A DNA stretch of 64,000 bases from an uncultured delta proteobacterium. GTDB taxonomy: Bacteria > Desulfobacterota > Binatia > DP-6. Below are positions 9,897 through 19,123 of this stretch, piece after piece. The notes under the pieces were generated by a model. The model did not search any database and was not told where the DNA came from. It saw nothing but the letters and a program-made list of their open reading frames with translations. The stretch is taken from positions 1,152,001 through 1,216,000 of the forward strand of contig CAWFFN010000009.1 of assembly GCA_963815115.1 (NCBI GenBank), written 5' to 3'. A program made the position numbers and the translations under genes. How positions within the stretch are numbered: position 1 is the stretch's first letter; each line of letters begins with the position of its first letter.

Positions 9897-10622
9897 ATGC
9901 AACTCTTCGCTCGACTGTCGAATCTCGTCCGCGGGCTGGCCTCGCGCTGGCTCGGCGTCCGCGAGACGCGCAACCCCGGCGCAGTCTACGAGACCGCCAT
10001 CCGGGAGCGCGTCGTGCAGTATGCGAAGCTGCGCGAGGCGGCGGCAGGCGTCATCTACCTGCGCGGCAAGCTCGAGCGCGAGCTCGCGCAGCGAACCGAC
10101 GAGCTCACCCGGGTGCGCGCGCAGCTCGACCTGGCGGTCGACCGCGACGACGACCCGGCCGCGCTCGCGCTGATCGCGCGCCGGGAAGGGCTCGGGGCCG
10201 ACGTCGAGCGGCTCGGCGCCGACCTCGGCGAGCTCACCGCGGAGGCGGACGCCGCCAAGCGCAACCTGGTGACCTTCCAGGACGAGATCGTGCGCCTGCG
10301 CGAGGAGCGCATCCGCATGCTGGCGCGGCTCGCCAACGCGAAGGCGCGCCTCAAGCTGCACGAGACGCTCTCCGGACTCTCGCCGGAGGCCGACATCCAG
10401 GCGCTGGAGACCGTCCGGGAGCACGTGAACCGGCTCGTCGCCGAGGTCGCGCTGGTTCGCGAGGGGGCAGATCCCGAGCTCGAGCGGCGGCTGGGAAGCA
10501 TCCGCGACGCGGAGGCGGCGGTGGCGGCGCGCGCGCAGCTCGAGGAGCTCAAGCGCACGCGGCGGGCCGCGCTCGTCCCGCTCGCGCCGGCGCCGGTTCC
10601 GCTCGCCGCTCCGGCGCGCTGA
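9897..10622 (+). CDS. pspA: PspA/IM30 family protein
   Basis: LFARLSNLVRG...ETRNP N-terminus followed by a long coiled coil; RBS AGGAGG upstream. Confidence 0.8.
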   Translation: MQLFARLSNLVRGLASRWLGVRETRNPGAVYETAIRERVVQYAKLREAAAGVIYLRGKLERELAQRTDELTRVRAQLDLAVDRDDDPAALALIARREGLGADVERLGADLGELTAEADAAKRNLVTFQDEIVRLREERIRMLARLANAKARLKLHETLSGLSPEADIQALETVREHVNRLVAEVALVREGADPELERRLGSIRDAEAAVAARAQLEELKRTRRAALVPLAPAPVPLAAPAR

Positions 10623-10708
10623 GGGGGGGCCCGCGGGCCGCGTTCGCGCGCGGGTGTTCCGCCAGCAGACGTTGTCGCTCGTGGTCGTCCGCGCTACGGT
10701 TTGCCGCG

Positions 10709-11299
10709 ATGACGCTCGCGGCGCCGCTGACCCGGCTTCCCGCCACGCAGGATGAGTTCGAGATGTGGTGCGCGAACCTCGACGGGTCCGAGATCGGGCG
10801 CTTCGAGTTCCTCTACGGCTGCGTCGTCGCAGAGCCGCCGGCGCACTGGCCGCACGGGAAACTCGACGCAGCGTTCGTGCATCGGCTGGCGTCCCGGGTC
10901 GAGGACCCCGGCCACGGCCTGGTGTTCGGGTCGAGCCAGGGCTTCGCGCTTCCGTCCGGCGACACCGTCGAGCCCGACGTGGCCGTCGTCCTGCGCGAGA
11001 CCTGGGACGCGGCGCCTCCGCCGACGCCCGGTCGCTTTCTCACCGTCGTTCCCGACCTGGTCGTCGAGGTGCTCTGCCCCTCCACCGCCGGGCGCGACCG
11101 GGGCCCGAAGCGTGACATCTACGAGCGGAACGGGGTGCGCGAGTACTGGCTGGTGGATCCCCGCCGGGGTGAGATCACCATCCTCGTCCGGGGCGTCGAT
11201 GGCCGGTTCGGTTCGGAGCACACGGTGGCCGGCGATGAGCCGGCGCGATCCACCCTGCTCGCCGGCTTCAGTGTCTGCCCGTCCGAGATCTTTCCGTAG
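10709..11299 (+). CDS. Uma2 family endonuclease
   Basis: VEPDVAV, PDLVVEVL.PST..RD..K...Y...GVREYWLVDP. Confidence 0.9.
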   Translation: MTLAAPLTRLPATQDEFEMWCANLDGSEIGRFEFLYGCVVAEPPAHWPHGKLDAAFVHRLASRVEDPGHGLVFGSSQGFALPSGDTVEPDVAVVLRETWDAAPPPTPGRFLTVVPDLVVEVLCPSTAGRDRGPKRDIYERNGVREYWLVDPRRGEITILVRGVDGRFGSEHTVAGDEPARSTLLAGFSVCPSEIFP

Positions 11300-11317
11300 C
11301 TGCCCCGACGCAGGCCG

Positions 11318-11965
11318 TCAGAGATTCGTCCGGTAGTCCTCGGCGATCATCTGGTCGATCGCCTGCGCCAGCGGCTCGGTCGCCTCCTTCTCCGGAGCGA
11401 GCTTGGGCGCGAGCATGCGGCCGAACGACACCTGCACCGGCGCCCAGGTCTCCGGCTTCCACAGGCGCGCGCGCAGGAACGCCTTCGCGCAGTGGAAGAA
11501 GGACTCCTCGACCGTGACACGGATCGCGAGCAGCGCAGGCTTGCCGCGTGCCGGGAGGCGCTCGAGGACCGCCGGATCGCGCGTGAGTTCGGCCGTGCCG
11601 TTCACGCGGAGCGTCTCGCCTGTCCCGGGGATCATGAAGAGCACGCCGACGCGCGGGTTGGCGAGGATGTTCTGCAGGCCGAAGACGAGCTTGTTGCCGG
11701 TGCGGTCCGGGATGAGCAGGGTGCGGTCGTCGTCGACAGCCACGAAGCCCGGCTCGTCGCCCTTCGGCGACACGTCCGCGTGGCCCTCGTGATCTGACGT
11801 CGCGAGCACGAGGAAAGGCGACCGGGCGATGAACGCGCGCGCGTGCTCGTCGAGCGCGGTGCCGAGCTTGACCGCGACCGCCGGGCTCGACTCGCCCACG
11901 AGCGCGCGCAACTCCTCGACGGTACCGATGCGATGGGGATCGGGTGACGGCATGGTACCCCTCAT
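11318..11965 (-). CDS. pyridoxamine 5'-phosphate oxidase-like FMN-binding protein (MSMEG_1061 type)
   Basis: DVSPKGD.PGFV, IPDR.GN, ETLRVNG, FFHCAKA..R. Confidence 0.9.
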   Translation of the reverse strand: MRGTMPSPDPHRIGTVEELRALVGESSPAVAVKLGTALDEHARAFIARSPFLVLATSDHEGHADVSPKGDEPGFVAVDDDRTLLIPDRTGNKLVFGLQNILANPRVGVLFMIPGTGETLRVNGTAELTRDPAVLERLPARGKPALLAIRVTVEESFFHCAKAFLRARLWKPETWAPVQVSFGRMLAPKLAPEKEATEPLAQAIDQMIAEDYRTNL

Positions 11966-12028
11966 ACCGCGGCCGGCGGGCGGGGTGAAAGCGCGCCGGC
12001 GACGATGTCGTCCGGGGTGTGCTCGCGG

Positions 12029-13501
12029 CTACCGCCGCGGCGCCGGCGTCGTCTCCGCCTCGAGCGCCACGATGCGCGGCTCGCCGTCGCGCCGGGCGAT
12101 CTGCCACGTCGCCACGCCCTGACGCCGCACCGGCCGCCCGCGCTGGTCGTGGGTGTTCAGCTGGAAGGACACCCGCACCGTCACCCGGTCACCGGCCGGC
12201 TTGGCCTCGACCTCGGGAGCCGGGGTGACCAGCGCGCCGCCGCCCAGCGGATCGACGTTCAGGACATCACCGGTCGGCACCGCCTCGGGCGCGAACAGCG
12301 CTCGGACCCCGTCGCGATCGCGCGCCTCGTAGGCGCGCCAGAAGCGGTCGACGAGCGCGAGCGCCTCGCTCGCCGAGGGCGGGGCCTCCACGGACTTGGC
12401 GCTCAGGGGCGCGGCCTCGGGCCCGGGGATGGCCGGCGGAGGTGACGCGACGGGAGGCGGCGGGGGCACGGTGGGTGCCGTCGTCGGTGGCGCCGGGGGC
12501 ACGGGTGCGGGCGGCGGCGGCGAGCGCCAGGGGCGGATCGCCAGGAGCGCCAGCGCGCTCGCCGCCGCGACGCCGGCCGCGGCGAACGCGATCCGGCGCC
12601 GGCCGGCCGCGACCTGCGGCGCGGCTTCGCCGGCCGGCTCGATCTCGATCGGCTCCGCCGGGGGCCGGGGCATCGGCGTCCCCTCCGGGCGATGGAGCGG
12701 GGCGTAGTCGGCCCACACGGTGTCGATCGTCGACCGGCCGATGGGGCGCTGTCCGTCCGCGAAGGCCGCCACCAGCGCGGCCTCGCAGAGGACGTTGATG
12801 ATCCGCGGGATGCCGCCGCTGAGCGCGGCCACGCGGGCCAGCGCCTCGGGGGTGAACAGGTCCAGGTCCTGCGCCTGTGCGTGCGCCAGCCGCGCGCGCA
12901 CGTAGGACGCGACCTCGTCTGGCGGCAGGGGTCCCAGCCGGGCCGTGACCGCGACCCGGGCGCGGAGCGTCGCGTGCGCGCGGGATGCGAGCCGGGCCTC
13001 CAGCTCGGGCTGACCGGCGAGGACGACCTGCAACGCCGGGCGCCCTTCGGGCCCGGCGAGGTCGAGGAGCGCGGGCACGGCATCGAGGGTCTCGTCCTTC
13101 AGAGCCTGCGCCTCGTCGAAGAAGACGACCGAGTTGCCGCCGGCGTACGTGTGCTCGCGCAGGAACTCCGACAGCCGCTCCAGCAGGGCGTCGCGCCCCC
13201 CGCCCTGGACGGGCACCCCGAACTCGAGGAGCAGGTGGTCCAAGATCTCCTCGAAGCCGACCGTCGGGTGCATGACGAGCACGGAGTGCACCTCGGCGGG
13301 CAGCGAATCGAGGAGCTGGCGGACCAGCGTCGTCTTGCCGGTACCCACCTCGCCGACCAGCACGAGCAGGCCCGCGCGCTCGAGGATGCCGGTGGTGAGC
13401 GCCTGCAGCGCCGCCTCCACCGAGGTGCCGTGGTGGAGGAAGCGCGGATCGGGCGTGATGCGGAAGGGCGCCTCGCCCAGGCCGAAGAACGCCCGGTACA
13501 T
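12029..13501 (-). CDS. ExeA/GspA-type AAA ATPase with TM helix, Pro-rich linker and C-terminal NTF2/SnoaL-like domain
   Basis: MY..FFGL...PF.ITPDPRFL, GEVGTGKT, DEAQ, LAGQPEL, GIPRIIN. Confidence 0.85.
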   Translation of the reverse strand: MYRAFFGLGEAPFRITPDPRFLHHGTSVEAALQALTTGILERAGLLVLVGEVGTGKTTLVRQLLDSLPAEVHSVLVMHPTVGFEEILDHLLLEFGVPVQGGGRDALLERLSEFLREHTYAGGNSVVFFDEAQALKDETLDAVPALLDLAGPEGRPALQVVLAGQPELEARLASRAHATLRARVAVTARLGPLPPDEVASYVRARLAHAQAQDLDLFTPEALARVAALSGGIPRIINVLCEAALVAAFADGQRPIGRSTIDTVWADYAPLHRPEGTPMPRPPAEPIEIEPAGEAAPQVAAGRRRIAFAAAGVAAASALALLAIRPWRSPPPPAPVPPAPPTTAPTVPPPPPVASPPPAIPGPEAAPLSAKSVEAPPSASEALALVDRFWRAYEARDRDGVRALFAPEAVPTGDVLNVDPLGGGALVTPAPEVEAKPAGDRVTVRVSFQLNTHDQRGRPVRRQGVATWQIARRDGEPRIVALEAETTPAPRR

Positions 13502-13511
13502 CCTCGCGCTG

Positions 13512-14729
13512 CTAGAAGGTGCCCTCGAGACCGATCGTCGGGATCACCGTGTTGTTGCGCAGCCCCTCGTCGTTGAGGGCGTAGATGCCGTTCGCGAACA
13601 GCATGAGCCCGCGCCAGACGTTGGCGCGCAGCCCGAAGGAGAAGTCGAAGAAGTCCTTGCGCCCGAGGTCGATGCCGAGCAGCGGCAGCCGCTGGGTTCC
13701 GGTCGGCGTGAGGTAGAGAAAGTTCGTCTCCCCGGCCGGGACCGGCCGGTCGAGCTGGCTGCGTCCCAGGAACGCGAACACGAAGCCGAGACGGGGGATG
13801 ACGTCGACGTCGAAGCCGGCGCCGTAGCGGGCCTGGCTCTCCGTGCTGGACTGGGTGTTGAAGTCCAGTGCCGCGTTGACGAACGGCTCCAGCCGCGACC
13901 AGAGCACCGTCGAGGCGTAGAACGCCGGGGTGATCCAGAAGTCCCCGGTGCCCTGGAAGTCGTCCACGCGTCCGGTGGGGAAGCGGAACTGGAGGCCGAA
14001 CGCCGAGCGGAACCAGTCCCACTGCGGCAGCTCGTACTTGAAGCGCATGAGGAGGTCGCCCGCGCCGAAGGCGTCGCCGCTCGAGCGCCCCGTGACCGGA
14101 GGGCCGGTGTCGGGAGCGAACACCCCGTCGGGACCGGCGGTCTGGACCTGCTGCCGCGTCACGCCGACGTTGAGCGAGGTGGCGATGAGCGGCAGGAGCA
14201 GGTTCACGTCGAGGTTGTCGAGGATGCCGTAGGTGAAGCTGAAGGCGGCGATGTTGCTGTGCAGCCCGAGGCGGTACTGGAGGCGGTCGGCGGTGAAGCC
14301 GACCAGGTTGCCGCTCGAGTCCACCGTGCGCAGCACGATGGGGTTCCGCCCCTGCAGGTTCTGGATGCTCTGGCCGTCGAAGTCGTTGAACTCGACGTAC
14401 TGGTAGCTGACGTTGATGTTGAACTTCCCCTGGCCGAGCGTGTCGGGCCGCTCGAGGAAGATCGGGCCCAGCGTGTCCGAGCTGCGCTCGAACACCTCGA
14501 GGGTGGGATTGTACCGGTAGGTGAAGCCGGCCGAGGCGGAGATGACCGGGAGGTTGTTGGCCACGGAGCTCGCGATCGAGTCCGCGAGCGCGTTGAAGGC
14601 CGAGCCGGGGTTGATGCCGACGGACTGGGACGCCTGCGCGAGGTCGTCGCGCAGCGAGCGCGCTTCTGCCGCCCGCGCGACGGCGAGAGCGAGGACGATG
14701 GTGAGAAAGGCACGCAGCAGATGGCTCAC
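13512..14729 (-). CDS. outer-membrane beta-barrel protein (MetA-pathway/transporter-like)
   Basis: Signal peptide, GAGDLLMRFKY, FPTG...FQGTG, amphipathic strands, C-terminal Phe. Confidence 0.7.
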   Translation of the reverse strand: MSHLLRAFLTIVLALAVARAAEARSLRDDLAQASQSVGINPGSAFNALADSIASSVANNLPVISASAGFTYRYNPTLEVFERSSDTLGPIFLERPDTLGQGKFNINVSYQYVEFNDFDGQSIQNLQGRNPIVLRTVDSSGNLVGFTADRLQYRLGLHSNIAAFSFTYGILDNLDVNLLLPLIATSLNVGVTRQQVQTAGPDGVFAPDTGPPVTGRSSGDAFGAGDLLMRFKYELPQWDWFRSAFGLQFRFPTGRVDDFQGTGDFWITPAFYASTVLWSRLEPFVNAALDFNTQSSTESQARYGAGFDVDVIPRLGFVFAFLGRSQLDRPVPAGETNFLYLTPTGTQRLPLLGIDLGRKDFFDFSFGLRANVWRGLMLFANGIYALNDEGLRNNTVIPTIGLEGTF

Positions 14730-14758
14730 GGAACCCCCCCCTTCGGCGCCCGACGGCG

Positions 14759-15865
14759 CTACCGCTGGAAGACCGAGAAGGTCCTCTGCAGGTTTTTCAC
14801 GTCGCGTTTAAGCGCTTTCGTGCCCGTGAGCAAGATGCGTCCGTTGCGCCGCAGCTCGCGGGCCGCGTCCGGCGTCAGGTCGCCGTGCCGGCGCCCGGCC
14901 GAGAGGCGGCCCAGGAAGTCCAGCACGTGCGCGGGCGCCGCCCGCACGTAGAGGAGCGCGACCCGGCCGCGCTGCTGTGCAATTGTGTCCACCGCGAGCC
15001 GGACGCCGCGGACCGGCCGCACCAGGCCCTGCGGCTGTCCGGCGTCCGGCGTGCGACCGGCCAGGACGCTGGCCGCGCCGTCGAGATCGGCGGCCACCGC
15101 GCCGAGGTCGTCGTCGAGACGGCTGCCGGTATCGCCGCCCACCTGCGCCTCGTCGGCCATGTAGGCGAGAAGGCGATCGACGCCGGCGCGCAGGTCGATC
15201 GCGTGCCGGTACGACGGGACGAGCGGGCTGCAGCCGCTCGGGTCGTCCACGGCGTCATGGGCGCAGGCGCCCGCGCGGCACCGGTCGACGGTGCACGGGT
15301 TCTGATCCTCGCTGCAGGCGGTCAGCTCGAAGGAGGCGGAGTCGCTGACGCAACCCTGTGCATCGGCACCGCGACCCGGCAGGCATTGCGTCTGCACGCA
15401 CTCGTTCGCGGTGGCACAGCGGTCGTCGACCGGGTCGTGGACGCAGGTGCCGCCGTCGCAGAAGTCGTCGGTGCAGGCGGCGCCGTCGTTGCAGTCGAGC
15501 GGGACCCCGGCGCACGTCCCGTCGCTGCAGCGATCGCCGATCGTGCAGGGGTCGTCATCGTCGCACGACTCGCCGCCTTCGTGCTCGCAGACGCCCAGGT
15601 CGCAGGTGTCGTTCGTGCAGGCGTCACCGTCGTCGCACTGGTCATTGTCCTCACAGGGGACGCAGCCGTCGAGTGCCACGTTCGTGCAGAGGCTGGTGCC
15701 CGGGTCACACGCGTCGTCAGTGCACTCGTTGCCGTCATCGCACACGACGAAGGATTCGGGCGAACCGGGCGTGCAGGTTTCCTGTGCCCGTGCCTGCCGG
15801 CCGAGGACGACTGCCGAGATCAGTGCCAAGATCAGCACGGGGAGGACCGTGCACCGCCGGATCAC
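14759..15865 (-). CDS. secreted protein with Cys-rich CDDGNxCTxDxC (Dictyostelium/myxobacterial-type) repeats
   Basis: Signal peptide, then CDDGNECTDDAC, CDDGDACTNDTC, CDDDDPCTIGDRC, CNDGAACTDDFC; start approximate (GTG). Confidence 0.75.
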   Translation of the reverse strand: MIRRCTVLPVLILALISAVVLGRQARAQETCTPGSPESFVVCDDGNECTDDACDPGTSLCTNVALDGCVPCEDNDQCDDGDACTNDTCDLGVCEHEGGESCDDDDPCTIGDRCSDGTCAGVPLDCNDGAACTDDFCDGGTCVHDPVDDRCATANECVQTQCLPGRGADAQGCVSDSASFELTACSEDQNPCTVDRCRAGACAHDAVDDPSGCSPLVPSYRHAIDLRAGVDRLLAYMADEAQVGGDTGSRLDDDLGAVAADLDGAASVLAGRTPDAGQPQGLVRPVRGVRLAVDTIAQQRGRVALLYVRAAPAHVLDFLGRLSAGRRHGDLTPDAARELRRNGRILLTGTKALKRDVKNLQRTFSVFQR

Positions 15866-15996
15866 GCGCGAGACTATACCCAGGCCCGGTCGGGAGGACC
15901 ACGGCTTCCCCGAACCGCGTGGCCTTGGCAGGTGCGCGGGCCGCCGGCGGGGTCGCCGTTGCGGTGCGTGACGGCTTGGGGGAAGCTCGTCGAGGG

Positions 15997-17343
15997 ATGC
16001 CCCCGCTCCGGGCTGTCGCTGCATGCGCCGCGCTCCTCGCGGCGGGAGGGGCGTCGGCGATCGCCGTGCCCGTGCGACTCGCGCAGGTCGCGCCGTCGGA
16101 GGGCCGCGGCGACTCCGGGCTCCGGGCGACGCCCGAGGCGCCGAAGCTGAAGCTTCGGGTCGGCGAGACCCAGACGTTCGCGGTCGGGAGTCCCGCCGCG
16201 GACGCCCGGGTCCGCTGGACGCTCGACGGCCGGACCGCGGCGACCGGCGCCCAGTGGACCTGGGTTCCGGCGGCCCCCGACGTCGGCTCGCACGTCGTGT
16301 CGCTCGACGTCGGAGGCGACTCCGGCGGCGCGACCCGTCGCTGGCTCGTGCGCGTCATCCCTCCGCACCTGCCGCGCGTGGCCGCCGCCATTCCGGCGGC
16401 GGACAGCGTGTCGGTGAGCGTCGACCAGCCGGTGTCGCTGCGCTTCGACGTGCGTCCGAGCGCTCCGGGAGAGACGGTCACCGTCGCGTGGACCGTCGAC
16501 GGCGCGCCGGCGGGGGAGGGTGACACGCTACGCCGGAGCTGGAGCGAGCCGGTGAACGCCCGGGCCCGGGCCATCGCGACGAGCAGCCTCGGCACGGCCG
16601 TGGGGCGCGAGTGGCGCATCATGGTGCGGGCGGTGGTGACGACGACCACCACGACCAGCACCTCGACGTTGCCGGTCGCGCAGACGGCGAAGAACGCGCG
16701 AGAGACGGCGGCCGCGAACACGGAGCCGTCCGGGCGGGCGGGGCGCGAGACGGCCCCGGAGGAGACGGAGCTCGGCGAGTTCGCCCCGCCACCGCGCGCC
16801 GAGACCCCACATCCCGAGGAGGCTCCGTCGCGGCCGCCGCCCACCCTGGAAGCCGCGGCGGCGCCGCCGTCGACGGCCGCACCCCCGCCTCCTCCTCCGC
16901 CGCCACCTCCGCCACCGCCCCCGCCACCTCCGCCACCGACGTTCCCGCCTTCGACGGCGCCTCCGCCACCGCCACCCCCTCCCGCAGCGGCCCCCCGAAC
17001 CCCCGCAGCGCCGGCGTCCGGGGCGGAGGACGAGGTGCGCCGCCTGCTCGATCGCTATGCCGCGGCCTGGCACAACCACGACGTCGGCGAGCTGCGTCGG
17101 ATCGGGCAGGTGACGACCGACGGCCAGGCCGCCGACCTCGAGCGCTACTTCGCCAAGGTGGAGGAGCTCGACGTGGAGGTCCACGTGGTCGACATCCGTC
17201 CCGAAGGCGACGGGGCGACCGTTCGATTCACGCGGCGCGACCGCTTTCGCGATCCGTCGGGGCGCCTCGTGACGCAGGAGTCGCCGACCATAGAGAAGCG
17301 CCTGGTGCGCGGTCCCGACGGGCTCCGGTTCTCGGGGCGCTGA
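15997..17343 (+). CDS. secreted protein: two Ig/PKD-like domains, Thr/Pro-rich linker, C-terminal NTF2-like domain
   Basis: Repeated WTLDG/WTVDG...W.V modules, poly-Thr and poly-Pro tracts, EVRRLLDRYAAAW...D helix. Confidence 0.65.
   Translation: MPPLRAVAACAALLAAGGASAIAVPVRLAQVAPSEGRGDSGLRATPEAPKLKLRVGETQTFAVGSPAADARVRWTLDGRTAATGAQWTWVPAAPDVGSHVVSLDVGGDSGGATRRWLVRVIPPHLPRVAAAIPAADSVSVSVDQPVSLRFDVRPSAPGETVTVAWTVDGAPAGEGDTLRRSWSEPVNARARAIATSSLGTAVGREWRIMVRAVVTTTTTTSTSTLPVAQTAKNARETAAANTEPSGRAGRETAPEETELGEFAPPPRAETPHPEEAPSRPPPTLEAAAAPPSTAAPPPPPPPPPPPPPPPPPPPTFPPSTAPPPPPPPPAAAPRTPAAPASGAEDEVRRLLDRYAAAWHNHDVGELRRIGQVTTDGQAADLERYFAKVEELDVEVHVVDIRPEGDGATVRFTRRDRFRDPSGRLVTQESPTIEKRLVRGPDGLRFSGR
16880..16985 (+). 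repeat. low-complexity CCN repeat encoding a poly-proline linker
   Basis: ccgcctcctcctccgccgccacctccgccacc... in frame with the CDS. Confidence 0.8.
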
Positions 17344-17350
17344 GGACGAC

Positions 17351-19009
17351 TCAAGCCGGCGCGGCGCCGTCGAGCGCCGGACGCGCGCGCTCGATGACGG
17401 CCTCGCAGTCGATCCCCGCCGGCAAGGTCCCGAACGCCAACCCGCGGTCGCCCGCCAGCCGGGACGCGCAGAACGCCTCGGCGACGGGGCCCGGAGCGTG
17501 GCGCAGGAGCAGGGATCCCTGGAGGGCGAGCGCCAGCCGCTCGACCAGCCGCCGCGCCCGGCCCTCGATGGCGCTGAAGTCGTTCAGCTCCCGTCGCAGC
17601 TCGTCGACGAAGGCGTCGAGCCGGGGGTCGGCGCCGCCGGCGAGGCCCACCTCGGCGAAGAAGGCGTCCACCGCTTCCGGGCTCCGGCCCATCGCGCGCA
17701 GCACGTCGAGGCAGATGACGTTGCCCGAGCCCTCCCAGATCGAGTTGAGGGGCGCTTCGCGATAGAGCCGGGGCAGCATCGACTCCTCGACGTAGCCGTT
17801 GCCGCCGAGGCACTCGAGGGCCTCGGCCACGAGAGGCGGCTGGCGCTTGCAGACCCAGTACTTGACGACCGCGGTGGCGAGCCGCGCGAACCGCTTCGCG
17901 TGCTCGTCGCGCGTACCGTCGTCGTAGGCGCGCGCGAGGCGCATCATGGTCGTCGTGGCGGCTTCCGACTCGATGCAGAGGTCGGCGAGCACGTTCTGCA
18001 TCAGAGGGTGCTCGACGAGCCGCTTGCCGAAGGCACGGCGGTGGGCGGCGTGGTGCGTCGCCTGGGCGACTGCCTGTCGCATCCCCGACGCGGAGCCGAT
18101 GACGCAGTCGAGCCGGGTATGGGTCACCATCTCGATGATGGTGGGCACGCCGCGTCCGTCCTCGCCGACCATGCGGGCCCAGGCGCCCTCGAACTCGACC
18201 TCGCTGGACGCGTTCGAGCGGTTGCCGAGCTTGTCCTTGAGACGCTGGATGCGGAAGCGGTTGCGCGTGCCGTCGGGCCGCCAGCGCGGCAGGAGGAAGC
18301 AGGACACGCCGCGCTCGGTCTGCGCCAGGACGAGGAAGGCGTCGCACATCGGTGCCGAGCAGAACCACTTGTGTCCGGTCACCTCGTACTCGGCGCCAGG
18401 CCCGCCCCGGGCGAGCGGCCGCGCCCGGGTGGTGTTGGCGCGCACGTCGGAGCCGCCCTGCTTCTCGGTCATCGCCATGCCGAGGAGCGCGCCGGTCTTC
18501 TCCGCCGCGGGCCGCACCCGCGCGTCGTAGCGATTCGACACGATGCGCGGCTCCCACTCCGCCGCCAGCTCCGGCTGGACGCGCAGCGCGGGCACGGCCG
18601 AGTAGGTCATCGAGATCGGACAGCCGTGACCCGCCTCGGCCTGGGAGAGGACGAAGAAGAGCGCCGCGCGGGCGGCGTGCGCGCCGGGGCGCGGATCACG
18701 CCACGGCAACGCGTGCAGCTCGTGGTGGATGGAGAGGCGCAGCAGCTCGTGCCACGCGGGGTGGAACTCGACCTCGTCGATCCGGTTCCCGAACCGGTCG
18801 TGGGTCCGGAGGATCGGGGGATTGACGTTCGCGAGCCGCCCCCAGGCGAGGGCGTCGCTGCCCGCCTCGACGCCGAGTCGCTGCGCCCGCTCCCGGGCCC
18901 ATCCGGCGCCCTCGCGCTCGAGTGCTTCACCGAGGCAGCGATCGGTCGAGAACAGGTCGTAGCCCTCGAGCGGCGGCGGCTGGTTCAGCACCTCGTGCGT
19001 CGGCGGCAT
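17351..19009 (-). CDS. aidB: AidB-type acyl-CoA dehydrogenase
   Basis: THEVLNQPPPL, CPISMT, GMAMTEKQGGSDV, GHKWFCSAPMCD, LYREAPLNSIWEGSGNV. Confidence 0.9.
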   Translation of the reverse strand: MPPTHEVLNQPPPLEGYDLFSTDRCLGEALEREGAGWARERAQRLGVEAGSDALAWGRLANVNPPILRTHDRFGNRIDEVEFHPAWHELLRLSIHHELHALPWRDPRPGAHAARAALFFVLSQAEAGHGCPISMTYSAVPALRVQPELAAEWEPRIVSNRYDARVRPAAEKTGALLGMAMTEKQGGSDVRANTTRARPLARGGPGAEYEVTGHKWFCSAPMCDAFLVLAQTERGVSCFLLPRWRPDGTRNRFRIQRLKDKLGNRSNASSEVEFEGAWARMVGEDGRGVPTIIEMVTHTRLDCVIGSASGMRQAVAQATHHAAHRRAFGKRLVEHPLMQNVLADLCIESEAATTTMMRLARAYDDGTRDEHAKRFARLATAVVKYWVCKRQPPLVAEALECLGGNGYVEESMLPRLYREAPLNSIWEGSGNVICLDVLRAMGRSPEAVDAFFAEVGLAGGADPRLDAFVDELRRELNDFSAIEGRARRLVERLALALQGSLLLRHAPGPVAEAFCASRLAGDRGLAFGTLPAGIDCEAVIERARPALDGAAPA

Positions 19010-19062
19010 TGGCGGAGAGTAGCAAGACGCCGCCGGGGCCGGAAATCGGGGCCCGAAAACAC

Positions 19063-19094
19063 GGCGGGCTCCCGGACGTGTCCGGGAGCCCGCC
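19063..19094 (-). terminator. strong hairpin, probable terminator of the Cys-rich gene
   Basis: GGCGGGCTCCCGGAC-gt-GTCCGGGAGCCCGCC perfect 15-bp arms, followed by GTGTTTT on the minus strand. Confidence 0.55.
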
Positions 19095-19123
19095 TCGATC
19101 ATGTCGATCCGAGCGTCGCCGCC

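Noticed and set aside
10709-11299. Uma2 nuclease as part of a restriction or defence system
   Set aside because: Stand-alone Uma2 genes are common and no methylase or partner is adjacent.
19010-19029. Degenerate match to the 20-bp motif (TGGCG-GAGA-GTAGCAAGACG)
   Set aside because: Two core mismatches and opposite orientation to the adjacent aidB; may simply be aidB's -10 region (TGCTAC on minus).
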